Positions 18,621 to 28,221 of a stretch of 64,000 nt of DNA are shown one piece after another. The notes below the pieces were generated by a model. That model was not told where the DNA came from, did no database searches, and saw only the letters and a list, made by a program, of their open reading frames with translations. Position numbers and translations under genes: made by a program. How positions within the stretch are numbered: the first letter of the stretch is position 1; the number at the start of each line of letters is the position of its first letter. Location: contig DAOWCP010000002.1 of NCBI GenBank assembly GCA_030639495.1, positions 10,156 through 74,155 on the forward strand, given 5' to 3'. The DNA is from Phycisphaerae bacterium. GTDB lineage: Bacteria > Planctomycetota > Phycisphaerae > Sedimentisphaerales > Anaerobacaceae.

Positions 18621-19948
18621 TGTTACGTTTCAGTTCTATCTTAATATCTATCTTCATCCCCATTGTTTTATGCAGTGTTGTGTTCGGGGCAGAGCGATTT
18701 CCACCCCCGGATTTTGAAGAAAGTGGTCATAAACTGCCGTCAACAGATTATATAACCAACATTACATCTCGTCATCTTATTTACGAATATTTGGATGTAG
18801 TGGTATTGGTGGCGGCCCTTTCATTGGCATCTTATCTCGTTCTAAAAAAACGATCAAGACGTTCGGTATTTATTTTAATGGTGTTCTCATTACTTTATTT
18901 CGGTTTCTGGCGGAAAGGTTGTATATGCTCGATAGGAGCAATTCAAAACTTTGCTTTATCGATCTTCGATAATAATTATGCTCTTCCAATTTCGGCTATA
19001 ATATTTTTGATATTGCCGTTGATCTTCACTTTGTTTTTTGGACGAACCTTTTGTGCTGGTGTATGTCCGCTTGGCGCTATTCAGGATTTAGTCGTGTTGC
19101 GTCCCGTAAAAGTTCCAGTACCGCTGGAAAGCAGCCTGCGATTATTTGCATATATATACCTTGCTGCCGCGATTCTTTTTGCCTCCACTGGCAGTGCTTT
19201 TATAATATGCCGATATGACCCGTTTATATCTTTCTTTCGCCTGTCGGGGCATCTGAGCACATTGATACTTGGTTGCTGTTTCTTAATTATTGGAATGTTC
19301 GTAGGTCGTCCTTATTGCCGATTTATCTGTCCGTATGGTGTTATTCTCCGGCAGTTTTCCAGGCTCTCGAAATGGAAAGTCACAATCACCCCGGACGAGT
19401 GTATTAAATGCAAACTGTGCGAAGATTCCTGTCCGTTTGGTGCTATTACAAAACCAACAGTTGAATGGCCGCAAATCGGTTACACTAAAAGCAGGAGGTT
19501 GTTAGCTTTATTGATCCTTCTTTTGCCGGTGTTGATGTTTTCAGGCGGCTTCGGCGGCGCAAGCCTTAACCGGTCATGGTCACGGATGCATACGACTGTC
19601 AGATTAGCAGAACGCATTTACATAGAAAACCAGGACATGCTAAGCGAAACTACGGATGCAAGTTCTGCGTTCAGAGCAACGGGAGAACCTATCGAAGATC
19701 TCTATGCCCAGGCCTCTGTAATCAGAAAACAGTTTAGATTTGGAGGCTGGTTGTTGGGTGCTTTAATAGGTTTAATTGCGGGTCTTAAACTCATAATCCC
19801 ATCGATCAGAAGACAGAGGGCGGATTTTCAGGCTGACGATGCGAGCTGTTTAGCCTGCGGCAGGTGTTTTAAGTCCTGCCCCAGGGAGCACGTCAGATTA
19901 AAAAGTTTAAGAGAAAAACAGGACAAGGCAGATGACGACAAAATATGA
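18620..19948 (+). CDS. integral-membrane 4Fe-4S protein of the NapH/MauN/CcoG family
   Basis: Multiple TM helices. Hallmark CX3CP motifs FCAGVCPLG and CRFICPYG. Two cytoplasmic ferredoxin motifs, CIKCKLCEDSCP and CLACGRCFKSCP. Confidence 0.75.
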   Translation: MLRFSSILISIFIPIVLCSVVFGAERFPPPDFEESGHKLPSTDYITNITSRHLIYEYLDVVVLVAALSLASYLVLKKRSRRSVFILMVFSLLYFGFWRKGCICSIGAIQNFALSIFDNNYALPISAIIFLILPLIFTLFFGRTFCAGVCPLGAIQDLVVLRPVKVPVPLESSLRLFAYIYLAAAILFASTGSAFIICRYDPFISFFRLSGHLSTLILGCCFLIIGMFVGRPYCRFICPYGVILRQFSRLSKWKVTITPDECIKCKLCEDSCPFGAITKPTVEWPQIGYTKSRRLLALLILLLPVLMFSGGFGGASLNRSWSRMHTTVRLAERIYIENQDMLSETTDASSAFRATGEPIEDLYAQASVIRKQFRFGGWLLGALIGLIAGLKLIIPSIRRQRADFQADDASCLACGRCFKSCPREHVRLKSLREKQDKADDDKI

Positions 19949-21656
19949 TAATCAAAATACGGGTAGCAGTACCAAATCTTCCTGGTATGAGGCAGCTAAA
20001 GGTGCTGCTATTGTAGCAGGTGTATTTATCGTAATAATCCTCGGGCTACTCGTTTTAAATTATCTTCAAATAAAATTACTTGATCCTATGCGTACAGAGA
20101 GACTGGAGAATTGGAAGGTAGAGTTGCTTGGGCAGCCTAAAAACGAACAACTGATAACCAAAATTCGCCAGCTTGACCTGCAATTAAGGAAAGACAAAGT
20201 TCGCCGTATTCAATTTTCGCAAAGAGGAACTATCTTACTGCTTGGGGCTGTTGCGGTTTTTCTTATTGGAATAAAATCAGCCAAAGCATTCAAAGAAAAA
20301 CTTCCTTGTCCATCGACTGTTACTGATCAGCAGGGGCAACAAATCCGGCAAGCTATACTCACGCGCAGGATTACAGTTGCAAGTTTGGCGGTTTTAGTTT
20401 TAGCCATTTTGTTTTTTATTAATACCCCAAAAATTGATTTTATAAAGGCAGGTGCGTCTTATCCTTCGGATGAAGAAATTGCCAAAAACTGGGCCGGTTT
20501 TCGCGGACCTGGGGGGAGCGGCGTAAGCGCTTATACTAATATACCAACTAAGTGGGACGGCAAAACAGGTCAGAAAATTATGTGGAAAGCAAATGTGCCG
20601 CTGTCAGGTCATAACTCGCCGATAGTCTGGGGGGATCGTGTTTTTCTTTCAGGTGCAACCAGGCAAAAGCGTCAGGTTTATTGTTTTGATGCAATTTCGG
20701 GAAAGTTGTTGTGGCAGGCTGATATGAAAGCTCCTCCTGTAACTGCCGGCGAGCCAATCGAATTGGAGGACGAGACCGGCTATGCCGCACCGACCGTTGC
20801 AACGGACGGCACCAGGGTCTATGCAATTTTTCCAACTGGTGATGTCGGCTGTTTCGATTTTGAAGGCAAAGCGTTATGGTCAAGAAATTTGGGAATGCCT
20901 GACAGTGCTTATGGCTATGCTTCTTCGCTTGCTATGTATCAAAATCTGCTTTTAATTCAGTATGATCAGGCAACTGCTGAGGATAATAAATCAAAAATAA
21001 TAGCTTTAGATACTTTTTCAGGCGTAACGGTTTGGGAAACCAATCGTCCGGTTCCTAATTCATGGACTTCTCCAATAGTAGCCAAAATCGCCGGCCAGAG
21101 TCAATTGATCACCTGCGCCGACCCATGGATAATAGCTTATAACCCATCGAATGGAGCCGAACTTTGGCGAGCAGAGTGTCTTGGAACAGATGTAGCTCCT
21201 TCTCCGATCTATGCGGGCGGTTTAGTATTCGGCATACATCCCTATACCTCGCTGGTCGCAATAAAACCCATGGGCCAAGGCGACGTGACCAAAACACATA
21301 TTGCATGGAAGGCAACCGACAACATCCCTGACATTGGTTCGCCGGTCAGCAATGGCAAATTGATATTTCTACTTGAAACATACGGAATACTTACCTGTTA
21401 TAAGGTTAGCGATGGTACAAAACTTTGGGAGCAGGATTTGAAAACAAGTTTCACGGCTTCGCCGAGCCTGGTTGGCGATAAGCTGTACCTGCTAAGCGAA
21501 AAGGGTATTATGTTCATAGCTAAAGTTGGAAACGAATATACAGAACTGGTTAAAAGCCCCTTAGGTGAAAAGTGTTATGCCTCGCCAGCTTTTGCTGACG
21601 GTCGTATTTATATTCGTGGTGTTGAAAATCTCTATTGCATTGGTGACAAAAAATAA
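19932..21656 (+). CDS. PQQ-like beta-propeller repeat protein with three N-terminal TM helices
   Basis: TM segments in the first ~170 aa. Entry motif WAGFRGPGGSG. Propeller blades (VFLSGATRQKRQVYCFDAISGKLLWQ and similar). Confidence 0.8.
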   Translation: MTTKYDNQNTGSSTKSSWYEAAKGAAIVAGVFIVIILGLLVLNYLQIKLLDPMRTERLENWKVELLGQPKNEQLITKIRQLDLQLRKDKVRRIQFSQRGTILLLGAVAVFLIGIKSAKAFKEKLPCPSTVTDQQGQQIRQAILTRRITVASLAVLVLAILFFINTPKIDFIKAGASYPSDEEIAKNWAGFRGPGGSGVSAYTNIPTKWDGKTGQKIMWKANVPLSGHNSPIVWGDRVFLSGATRQKRQVYCFDAISGKLLWQADMKAPPVTAGEPIELEDETGYAAPTVATDGTRVYAIFPTGDVGCFDFEGKALWSRNLGMPDSAYGYASSLAMYQNLLLIQYDQATAEDNKSKIIALDTFSGVTVWETNRPVPNSWTSPIVAKIAGQSQLITCADPWIIAYNPSNGAELWRAECLGTDVAPSPIYAGGLVFGIHPYTSLVAIKPMGQGDVTKTHIAWKATDNIPDIGSPVSNGKLIFLLETYGILTCYKVSDGTKLWEQDLKTSFTASPSLVGDKLYLLSEKGIMFIAKVGNEYTELVKSPLGEKCYASPAFADGRIYIRGVENLYCIGDKK

Positions 21657-24010
21657 TGGATGAGCTTGATTTGACATTTGTAGACGAGGCTGTCGAGCAA
21701 ATCGGGGCAGGCCAAGAGAAAGTTCTTGAGATCGCTCAGAGCATACAGGGACATTTCGGATATCTGCCCAAAGAAGCTCTTGAGCGGGTATGCGAATTGA
21801 CAGATATCACACCCGCATCCATTGTCGGAGTTACAACTTTTTACGACCAGTTTCGGCAACAACCGGCTGGCAAACACATAATAAAAATTTGCATTGGAAC
21901 TGCCTGTCACGTTAAAGGAGCGAGTTCCATTTATGATGCGTTTCAAAGGCATCTGGGTATTACCGGCGATGAAGATACTGATGAGCAGGGGTTGTTTACA
22001 CTCGAAAAGGTAGCATGTCTGGGCTGCTGTACTTTAGCTCCGGCGGTACAGATCGGTAATGTCACTTATGGCCACCTGACGACTGATACTGTTGGCAAGG
22101 TTACTAAGGATTACCTGAGGTATTTGAAGACCAATAAAGGTAAATCGAAAACTGCTGAAAAAATCGAAACTAAAAAGCAGGGCTATGGTGAGATTCGAAT
22201 TGGTCTTGGTTCCTGCTGTGTTGCACGCGGCAGTGGTAAGCTTGAGCAGGCGATCGAAAAGGTAATTGAAGAAACGGCTATCAAGGCTGTGATAAAACGT
22301 GTAGGATGCGTGGGGATGTGTTACCAGACGCCTCTTCTTGAAGTTATTACCGCTGAGAGGGAATCTTATCTTTATACTAAGGTAAGACCTGAAGATACCA
22401 AGTCTATAATACTAAAGCATTTTAAGCCAGGAACCTTCAGAAAAAGAATTTCCAATAAGGTTACCGGCATACTGGACAAAATTATTACCGACAAATTAGG
22501 TGAACCCCTTTTGCATTACCCTGTAAATATCAGGGACCCGCAGGTAGCAGATTTCATGGGGAAACAAGAGCATATTACTACCGAACATTGTGGATTCATA
22601 GACCCGCTTGATATCGATGAATATCAGAGCAAAGGCGGCTTTGAAGCACTGCGTAAATGTTTCAGTCAGATGACCGGTGATGAAGTGATCGATCAGATTC
22701 GCAATAGCGGACTTCGCGGAAGAGGTGGCGCAGGCTATCCGACATATCTTAAATGGTCAACTATTCGTAAAAATAATGCTAAAGAAAAATATGTGATTTG
22801 TAATGGTGATGAAGGTGATCCCGGCGCTTTTATGGACCGAATGCTGATGGAGTCTTATCCGTACCGAATTATCGAGGCGGTCACAATAGCAGCCTATGTA
22901 GTTGGTGCAAGCAAGGGGATGTTTTATATCCGTTCGGAATATCCTCTGGCACTGATGCGAATGAGCAAAGCCTTGGAAAACTGCCGAGAGAGGGGCTTTC
23001 TTGGCAATGACATTTTCCAAAGTGGTTTCAATTTGGAGCTGAAAATAGTTACCGGTGCCGGTGCATTTGTTTGTGGTGAAGAAACTGCTCTTATGGCCAG
23101 TATAGAAGGCCGTCGCGGCATGCCCCGGCTTAGACCTCCCTATCCAACTGAAAGAGGACTTTGGTCAAAGCCAACGCTTATTAATAACGTAGAGACTTTT
23201 GCTTCAATACCATGGATTTTACATAACGGTCCGAAAACTTTCGCCTCTCTGGGGACATCGGCCAGTAAAGGAACAAAGGTTTTCGCTCTTGCCGGGAAAG
23301 TTGCCAGAGGCGGTTTAATTGAAGTGCCAATGGGGATTACCATAAGAGAGATCGTAGAAGATATTGGCGGCGGAATAGGAGAAGACAAGCGATTCAAAGC
23401 TGTACTGATTGGGGGCCCTTCCGGAGGTTGTGTACCTGCTGAACTGTCAGATATTTCAGTAGATTATGAATCGTTAAATGAAGCTGGTGCAATTATGGGT
23501 TCCGGGGGTTTGGTTGTACTGGATGAGTCAGACTGCATTGTTGACATCGCAAAGTATTTCCTTGAATTCACCCAAAACCAATCCTGCGGAAAATGTACAT
23601 TCTGTCGGATAGGAACTCGGCGAATGCTTGATATTCTTGAAAGGCTTTGTGATGGCAACGGCAAGAGCGGTGATATCGAAGAATTAGAAAAAATGGCGCA
23701 GATGATAAAAAAGGCAAGCCTTTGCGGCCTGGGAAAAACCGCTCCAAACCCCGTCCTTTCAACAATCAGATATTTTCGAAATGAGTATGAAGCTCATATT
23801 GAAAAACGCTGTCCTGCCGGCAAATGTAAAGCACTGATTACATATTCGGTTACAGACGACTGTATTGGGTGCACTTTGTGCGCACAACATTGTCCGGTTG
23901 ATGCTATCGAGATGAGGCCTTATGAAAAACACGAAATAGACAACGAAAAATGTATCCGATGTAATACATGCAAAAACGTATGTCCAACTGACGCGATAAA
24001 GGTTGAGTAA
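21656..24010 (+). CDS. NAD(P)H-binding flavo-iron-sulfur protein: NuoE-like 2Fe-2S domains fused to a NuoF core and a C-terminal 2x[4Fe-4S] ferredoxin (HndC/HymB/HoxF-like)
   Basis: Thioredoxin-like 2Fe-2S motifs CIGTACHVKG...CLGCC and GSCC...GCVGMC. NuoF core GLRGRGGAGYPTYLKW with a glycine-rich NADH site and SLBB domain. 4Fe-4S motif CGKCTFCRIG. C-terminal CIGCTLCAQHCP and CIRCNTCKNVCP. Confidence 0.85.
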   Translation: MDELDLTFVDEAVEQIGAGQEKVLEIAQSIQGHFGYLPKEALERVCELTDITPASIVGVTTFYDQFRQQPAGKHIIKICIGTACHVKGASSIYDAFQRHLGITGDEDTDEQGLFTLEKVACLGCCTLAPAVQIGNVTYGHLTTDTVGKVTKDYLRYLKTNKGKSKTAEKIETKKQGYGEIRIGLGSCCVARGSGKLEQAIEKVIEETAIKAVIKRVGCVGMCYQTPLLEVITAERESYLYTKVRPEDTKSIILKHFKPGTFRKRISNKVTGILDKIITDKLGEPLLHYPVNIRDPQVADFMGKQEHITTEHCGFIDPLDIDEYQSKGGFEALRKCFSQMTGDEVIDQIRNSGLRGRGGAGYPTYLKWSTIRKNNAKEKYVICNGDEGDPGAFMDRMLMESYPYRIIEAVTIAAYVVGASKGMFYIRSEYPLALMRMSKALENCRERGFLGNDIFQSGFNLELKIVTGAGAFVCGEETALMASIEGRRGMPRLRPPYPTERGLWSKPTLINNVETFASIPWILHNGPKTFASLGTSASKGTKVFALAGKVARGGLIEVPMGITIREIVEDIGGGIGEDKRFKAVLIGGPSGGCVPAELSDISVDYESLNEAGAIMGSGGLVVLDESDCIVDIAKYFLEFTQNQSCGKCTFCRIGTRRMLDILERLCDGNGKSGDIEELEKMAQMIKKASLCGLGKTAPNPVLSTIRYFRNEYEAHIEKRCPAGKCKALITYSVTDDCIGCTLCAQHCPVDAIEMRPYEKHEIDNEKCIRCNTCKNVCPTDAIKVE

Positions 24011-25565
24011 AATGGTCAAACTTGTAATTGATAATATCAATGTTGAAGTTGATGATGGTGCAACTGTACTCGATGCTGCTCAAAAGCTTGGGATAGAAAT
24101 TCCTACGATGTGCTTTCTCAAAGGCTATGCCGCTTCAACCAGTTGTATGATATGCATTGTAAAAATTGCCGGTATCGAATCGTTTATGCCGGCGTGCGGG
24201 ACAATCGCAACAGACGGGATGGAAGTCGAAACATCTTCTGAAGAAATCCATCAAGCCCGGAAAGTTGCCCTGGAATTGTTGTTAAGCGACCACCTTGGTG
24301 ACTGCATGGGGCCTTGTCAGGTTATCTGCCCGGCGGGTTTGGATATACCACTGATGATCAGGCAGATCAGGGATGGCAAATTAAAAGATGCTATTGTTAC
24401 GGTAAAGCGTGACATCGCGTTACCCGCGGTGTTGGGTAGGATTTGCCCGGCTCCGTGTGAAAACGGATGTAGACGTGCGAAATTTGATCAGCCGGTTTCA
24501 ATTTGTCTGCTGAAACGATATGTGGCGGATGTTGATTTGTTCTCAGATAGGCCTTATCTGCCAGTCTGTGAAGCTGAAAAAGGCAAACGTGTAGCTATTA
24601 TTGGGGCTGGACCTGCGGGTTTGGCTGCTGCGTATTATCTGCTCCAAAAAGGATACGCCTGCACAGTGTATGATGACCACGACAAGCTGGGAGGAATGCT
24701 CAGGTATAGTGATTGTTCAAAAATATTAGACAGTGAGGTGCTGGAAAAGGAAGTTGACCTTATCAAACAACTCGGGGGTGAATTTTTAGGCCAAACTAAA
24801 ATTGATTCTGCCTCATCTCTTGAAAAGTTGCGTCAGGAATTTGATGCCGTTTTTGTGGCTGTAGGAGAATTGCCCGGCAATAACGAATACCTGGGTTTAG
24901 CTATGGGGCAAAAGGGAGTTAAGATAAACAATACGTACCAAACGAATATTCCTGGCGTCTTTGCAGGTGGTGATGTTGTTAGTAAACGAAGGCTTGCGGT
25001 TCGCTCTGTTGCCGATGGTAAGAAAGCAGCTATCGCTATTGATCAGTTTCTATCGGGCGGGGAAGTAATCGGGCCGCAAAAAAAGTTTAATAATCGTATT
25101 GGTAAATTGCTGGACAATGAGATAGATAATTTTATGTTGACGGCGGATAATCCTTCACGTGTATCGCCTTTACGCAAGAGTGAAGGATTTACCGAGAGCC
25201 AAGCTAAACAGGAATCCGCCCGTTGTTTGCATTGTGACTGTCGTAAAACCGATAGCTGTAAGCTGAGGGAATACAGCCGGCAATACCAGGTCAGGCAGAA
25301 CAGGTACAAGGGCAAAAGAAATTTATTTAGCCAACAGATTCAACATCCCTGTATAATTTATGAACCCGGCAAATGTATAAAATGCAACCTCTGCATTCAG
25401 ATAGCGACCGAAGCAAAAGAAAAACTTGGGCTGACGTTCATAGGCAGGGGTTTTGATGTGAAAGTTGCTGTACCATTTGATAAAGCTCTCGCTGAAGGGC
25501 TTAGCCATATTGGCTATAAATGTGTCGAAGCGTGCCCGACATCTGCGTTAGCTTTAAAGGATTAG
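24003..25565 (+). CDS. 2Fe-2S ferredoxin domain fused to a GltD-like FAD/NAD(P)H oxidoreductase with 4Fe-4S clusters (NfnB/SudA/GltD-like)
   Basis: N-terminal plant-type 2Fe-2S fold (CFLKG...C..C). GltD-like Fe-S region CPAGLDIP...CPAPCENGC. Rossmann motif VAIIGAGPAGLAAAYYL. C-terminal CIKCNLC. Confidence 0.75.
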   Translation: MSKMVKLVIDNINVEVDDGATVLDAAQKLGIEIPTMCFLKGYAASTSCMICIVKIAGIESFMPACGTIATDGMEVETSSEEIHQARKVALELLLSDHLGDCMGPCQVICPAGLDIPLMIRQIRDGKLKDAIVTVKRDIALPAVLGRICPAPCENGCRRAKFDQPVSICLLKRYVADVDLFSDRPYLPVCEAEKGKRVAIIGAGPAGLAAAYYLLQKGYACTVYDDHDKLGGMLRYSDCSKILDSEVLEKEVDLIKQLGGEFLGQTKIDSASSLEKLRQEFDAVFVAVGELPGNNEYLGLAMGQKGVKINNTYQTNIPGVFAGGDVVSKRRLAVRSVADGKKAAIAIDQFLSGGEVIGPQKKFNNRIGKLLDNEIDNFMLTADNPSRVSPLRKSEGFTESQAKQESARCLHCDCRKTDSCKLREYSRQYQVRQNRYKGKRNLFSQQIQHPCIIYEPGKCIKCNLCIQIATEAKEKLGLTFIGRGFDVKVAVPFDKALAEGLSHIGYKCVEACPTSALALKD

Positions 25566-25784
25566 CTTAACAACTACCTCCTTTCAAGGTGTTTTTTTGT
25601 AATAAAGCTATATTCTTGATTTTTTTATTGAACCTTATACGTTCAAATTATTATATACATAAGTGTGATAATATAATTTGCGAAACAAACCATCCTATAA
25701 GGCGGTTTAAGCCAAGGTTGGCTTTTCTGGTCAACTTTGATACAATGTTGTGGAAATTTATGTACTGTTTTAAGGAATCACTAT

Positions 25785-28220
25785 ATGAAAACACAGAGTA
25801 AAATCACAAAACGTTTATTGGTTGCGGTATTTTTTATATTAATCGGCTTTTGTAAAGTTTCAGATGCCGCCGACTGGCCTAACTGGCGGGGTCCGAATTA
25901 TGACGGCATATCTGTAGAAAAGGATTGGGATCCTTTAAAGATCAAAGACGGTATGAAACCTTTGTGGAAGGCTTCGATTGGGATTGGTTTTTCAACAATT
26001 TCGGTAAGTGATGGTCGGGCTTATACAATGGGCAACACCGGCGTCAAGGGTGAGGATAAAAGCAAACACAATGACATTACTTTCTGCTTTGACGCTGAGA
26101 CCGGCAAAGAGATGTGGAGGCACACTTATCCTCAGCAGCTGGATCCAAAGTATTACGAGGGAGGCTCATTAGCTACTCCCACAGTTAGCGGCGGCAAAGT
26201 TTATACTATTAGTAAGGATGGAAAGACCTTTTGCCTTGATGCGAAAACCGGCAAGGTGATATGGCAAAAGAATCTGTTGGATGAATTGGGAATCAAGCGT
26301 ACCACATGGGGGCATTCTGGTTCGCCGGTAGTTATCGACAATATGGTTATTTATAGCGCGGGCAGGATGGGGGTTGCTCTTAGTAAAGACAACGGTAGTT
26401 TGATCTGGGAAGGCAGCAAGGAGCGAGGCGGATACGCAACGGCGGTGCCTTTCATGATGGGTAATCAAAAATGTATCGCACTGTTTGGATTCGAAGATAT
26501 TATTGGATTAGTTGCGGCAACGGGAAAGGAGTTGTGGAGATTTCCCTGGAAGACAAAACATGATGTCAATGCCGCCGACCCGATTATTGTCGGCAGTAAG
26601 ATATTTATATCCTCTGGATACGGTACCGGATGCGCGCTGTTGAAAATCGAAAATGAAAATGTCACCGAATTATGGCGCAATAAAAACATGCGTAGTAAAA
26701 TGAATGGTTCTGTTTTTTGGAAAGGCCATATTTACGGCGTTGATGAAGGGGGCGATTTGAGATGTCTGGATATTAAAACAGGTGAGATTGCATGGAGTGA
26801 GAAGGGATTTGGTCAGGGTAGTATTACGATTGCCGACGATAAACTCATCGTTCTGGGTGAAAAGGGTAATTTAGTTATCGCTGAACCCACACCTGACGGC
26901 TATAAGGTTATTTCCCAAGCGAAAATACTTTCGCCCAGATGTTGGAGCGTTCCGGTTCTGGCAAATGGTAGGCTTTATGCCCGTAATGCTGCAGGTGATA
27001 TGGTTTGTTTAGACGTCAGCAAAAAGGCGGCTAAGGCAATTTCGACAGGGAAAAACTGGGCTCAGTGGCGTGGGCCAAACCGTGACGGTAAATCAACTGA
27101 GACAGGACTTTTGAAGGAATGGCCTGAGGGTGGACCAGAACTTTTGTGGTCAGTAGAGGGGTTGGGCGAAGGGTTCTCAACGGTTTCTATTGCAGATGGT
27201 GTTGTTTATACAACGGGAATAATAGATAAGCAGGGAGTACTTTTCGCCTTAGACCTCCAGGGTAAATTAAAGTGGAAGAAAATATATGGTCCTGAATGGA
27301 CAGGGTCGCATTCGGGTACGCGTAGTACGCCAACGGTTGATGGTGACAGGATATATGTTTTCAGCGGCCAGGCCGCTTTGTACTGTCTTGATGCAAAAAC
27401 AGGAGTCGCCAAATGGTCCGTAGATACTCTGGATAAGTTTGGCGGAAAGCTCTTGCGATGGGGTGTGGCGGAATCGGTGTTAATTGACGGCAATAAAGTG
27501 ATCTGTTCACCCGGCGGAGAAGATGCCAGTGTAGTTGCTCTGAATAAAATAACAGGGGAAACAATCTGGACAACTAAAGGCTTAAGCGAAAAAAGTGGTT
27601 TTTGTTCGCCGATCCTTGTTGAGCGTGGCGGGAAAAGGCTTATCGTAACAATGCTGGCTAAATCTGTGGTTGGTATTGATATCGAGACAGGAAAACTCGT
27701 TTGGAGCACACCTGCGAAAACTTCTGTGCGAAGAGGTAGAGGCAGTAATCCCATTACTCCTTTATATCTTGATGGTGAAATCTACACCACCAGCGGATAC
27801 GGCAAAGGCGGCGCAATGTTTGAACTTTCAGCCGACGGCTCAGGTGTTACCACTAAATGGAGTGATAAAATTCTTGATGTCCATCATGGCGGTGTTGTGG
27901 TTGTCGATGAGTACATTTACGGGTCAAGACACAATGGCAACTGGGTGTGTCTGGATTGGAACAGCGGCGAGGTGAAATATGAAAACGACAAAAAGGGTAA
28001 GGGCTCAATAACTACAGCCGAAGGTATGTTGTATTGCTATGATGAAAAAAAAGGCACGGTCAAGCTGGTGAAGGCGACTCCTGAAAAATTTGATATTGTC
28101 AGCTCTTTTAAGGTTCCAATGGGAACAGATGAATATTGGGCACATCCGGTGATTTGTGACGGAAAATTGTATATCCGCCATGGTGAAGCTTTGATGGCTT
28201 ATGATATAAAAGCAAAATAA
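25785..28220 (+). CDS. secreted tandem (double) PQQ-like beta-propeller protein
   Basis: Signal peptide MKTQSKITKRLLVAVFFILIGFCKVSDA. Two propeller units, each opening with a W-x-x-W-R-G-P-N-x-D-G motif (WPNWRGPNYDG and WAQWRGPNRDG). The TTG start at 25737 in the ORF track was rejected in favour of the ATG at 25785. Confidence 0.8.
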   Translation: MKTQSKITKRLLVAVFFILIGFCKVSDAADWPNWRGPNYDGISVEKDWDPLKIKDGMKPLWKASIGIGFSTISVSDGRAYTMGNTGVKGEDKSKHNDITFCFDAETGKEMWRHTYPQQLDPKYYEGGSLATPTVSGGKVYTISKDGKTFCLDAKTGKVIWQKNLLDELGIKRTTWGHSGSPVVIDNMVIYSAGRMGVALSKDNGSLIWEGSKERGGYATAVPFMMGNQKCIALFGFEDIIGLVAATGKELWRFPWKTKHDVNAADPIIVGSKIFISSGYGTGCALLKIENENVTELWRNKNMRSKMNGSVFWKGHIYGVDEGGDLRCLDIKTGEIAWSEKGFGQGSITIADDKLIVLGEKGNLVIAEPTPDGYKVISQAKILSPRCWSVPVLANGRLYARNAAGDMVCLDVSKKAAKAISTGKNWAQWRGPNRDGKSTETGLLKEWPEGGPELLWSVEGLGEGFSTVSIADGVVYTTGIIDKQGVLFALDLQGKLKWKKIYGPEWTGSHSGTRSTPTVDGDRIYVFSGQAALYCLDAKTGVAKWSVDTLDKFGGKLLRWGVAESVLIDGNKVICSPGGEDASVVALNKITGETIWTTKGLSEKSGFCSPILVERGGKRLIVTMLAKSVVGIDIETGKLVWSTPAKTSVRRGRGSNPITPLYLDGEIYTTSGYGKGGAMFELSADGSGVTTKWSDKILDVHHGGVVVVDEYIYGSRHNGNWVCLDWNSGEVKYENDKKGKGSITTAEGMLYCYDEKKGTVKLVKATPEKFDIVSSFKVPMGTDEYWAHPVICDGKLYIRHGEALMAYDIKAK

Positions 28221-28221
28221 A

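Noticed and set aside
25589-25801. 70-aa ORF in the gap before the double-propeller gene
   Set aside because: AT-rich, no ribosome-binding site or domain. The region is more plausibly regulatory.
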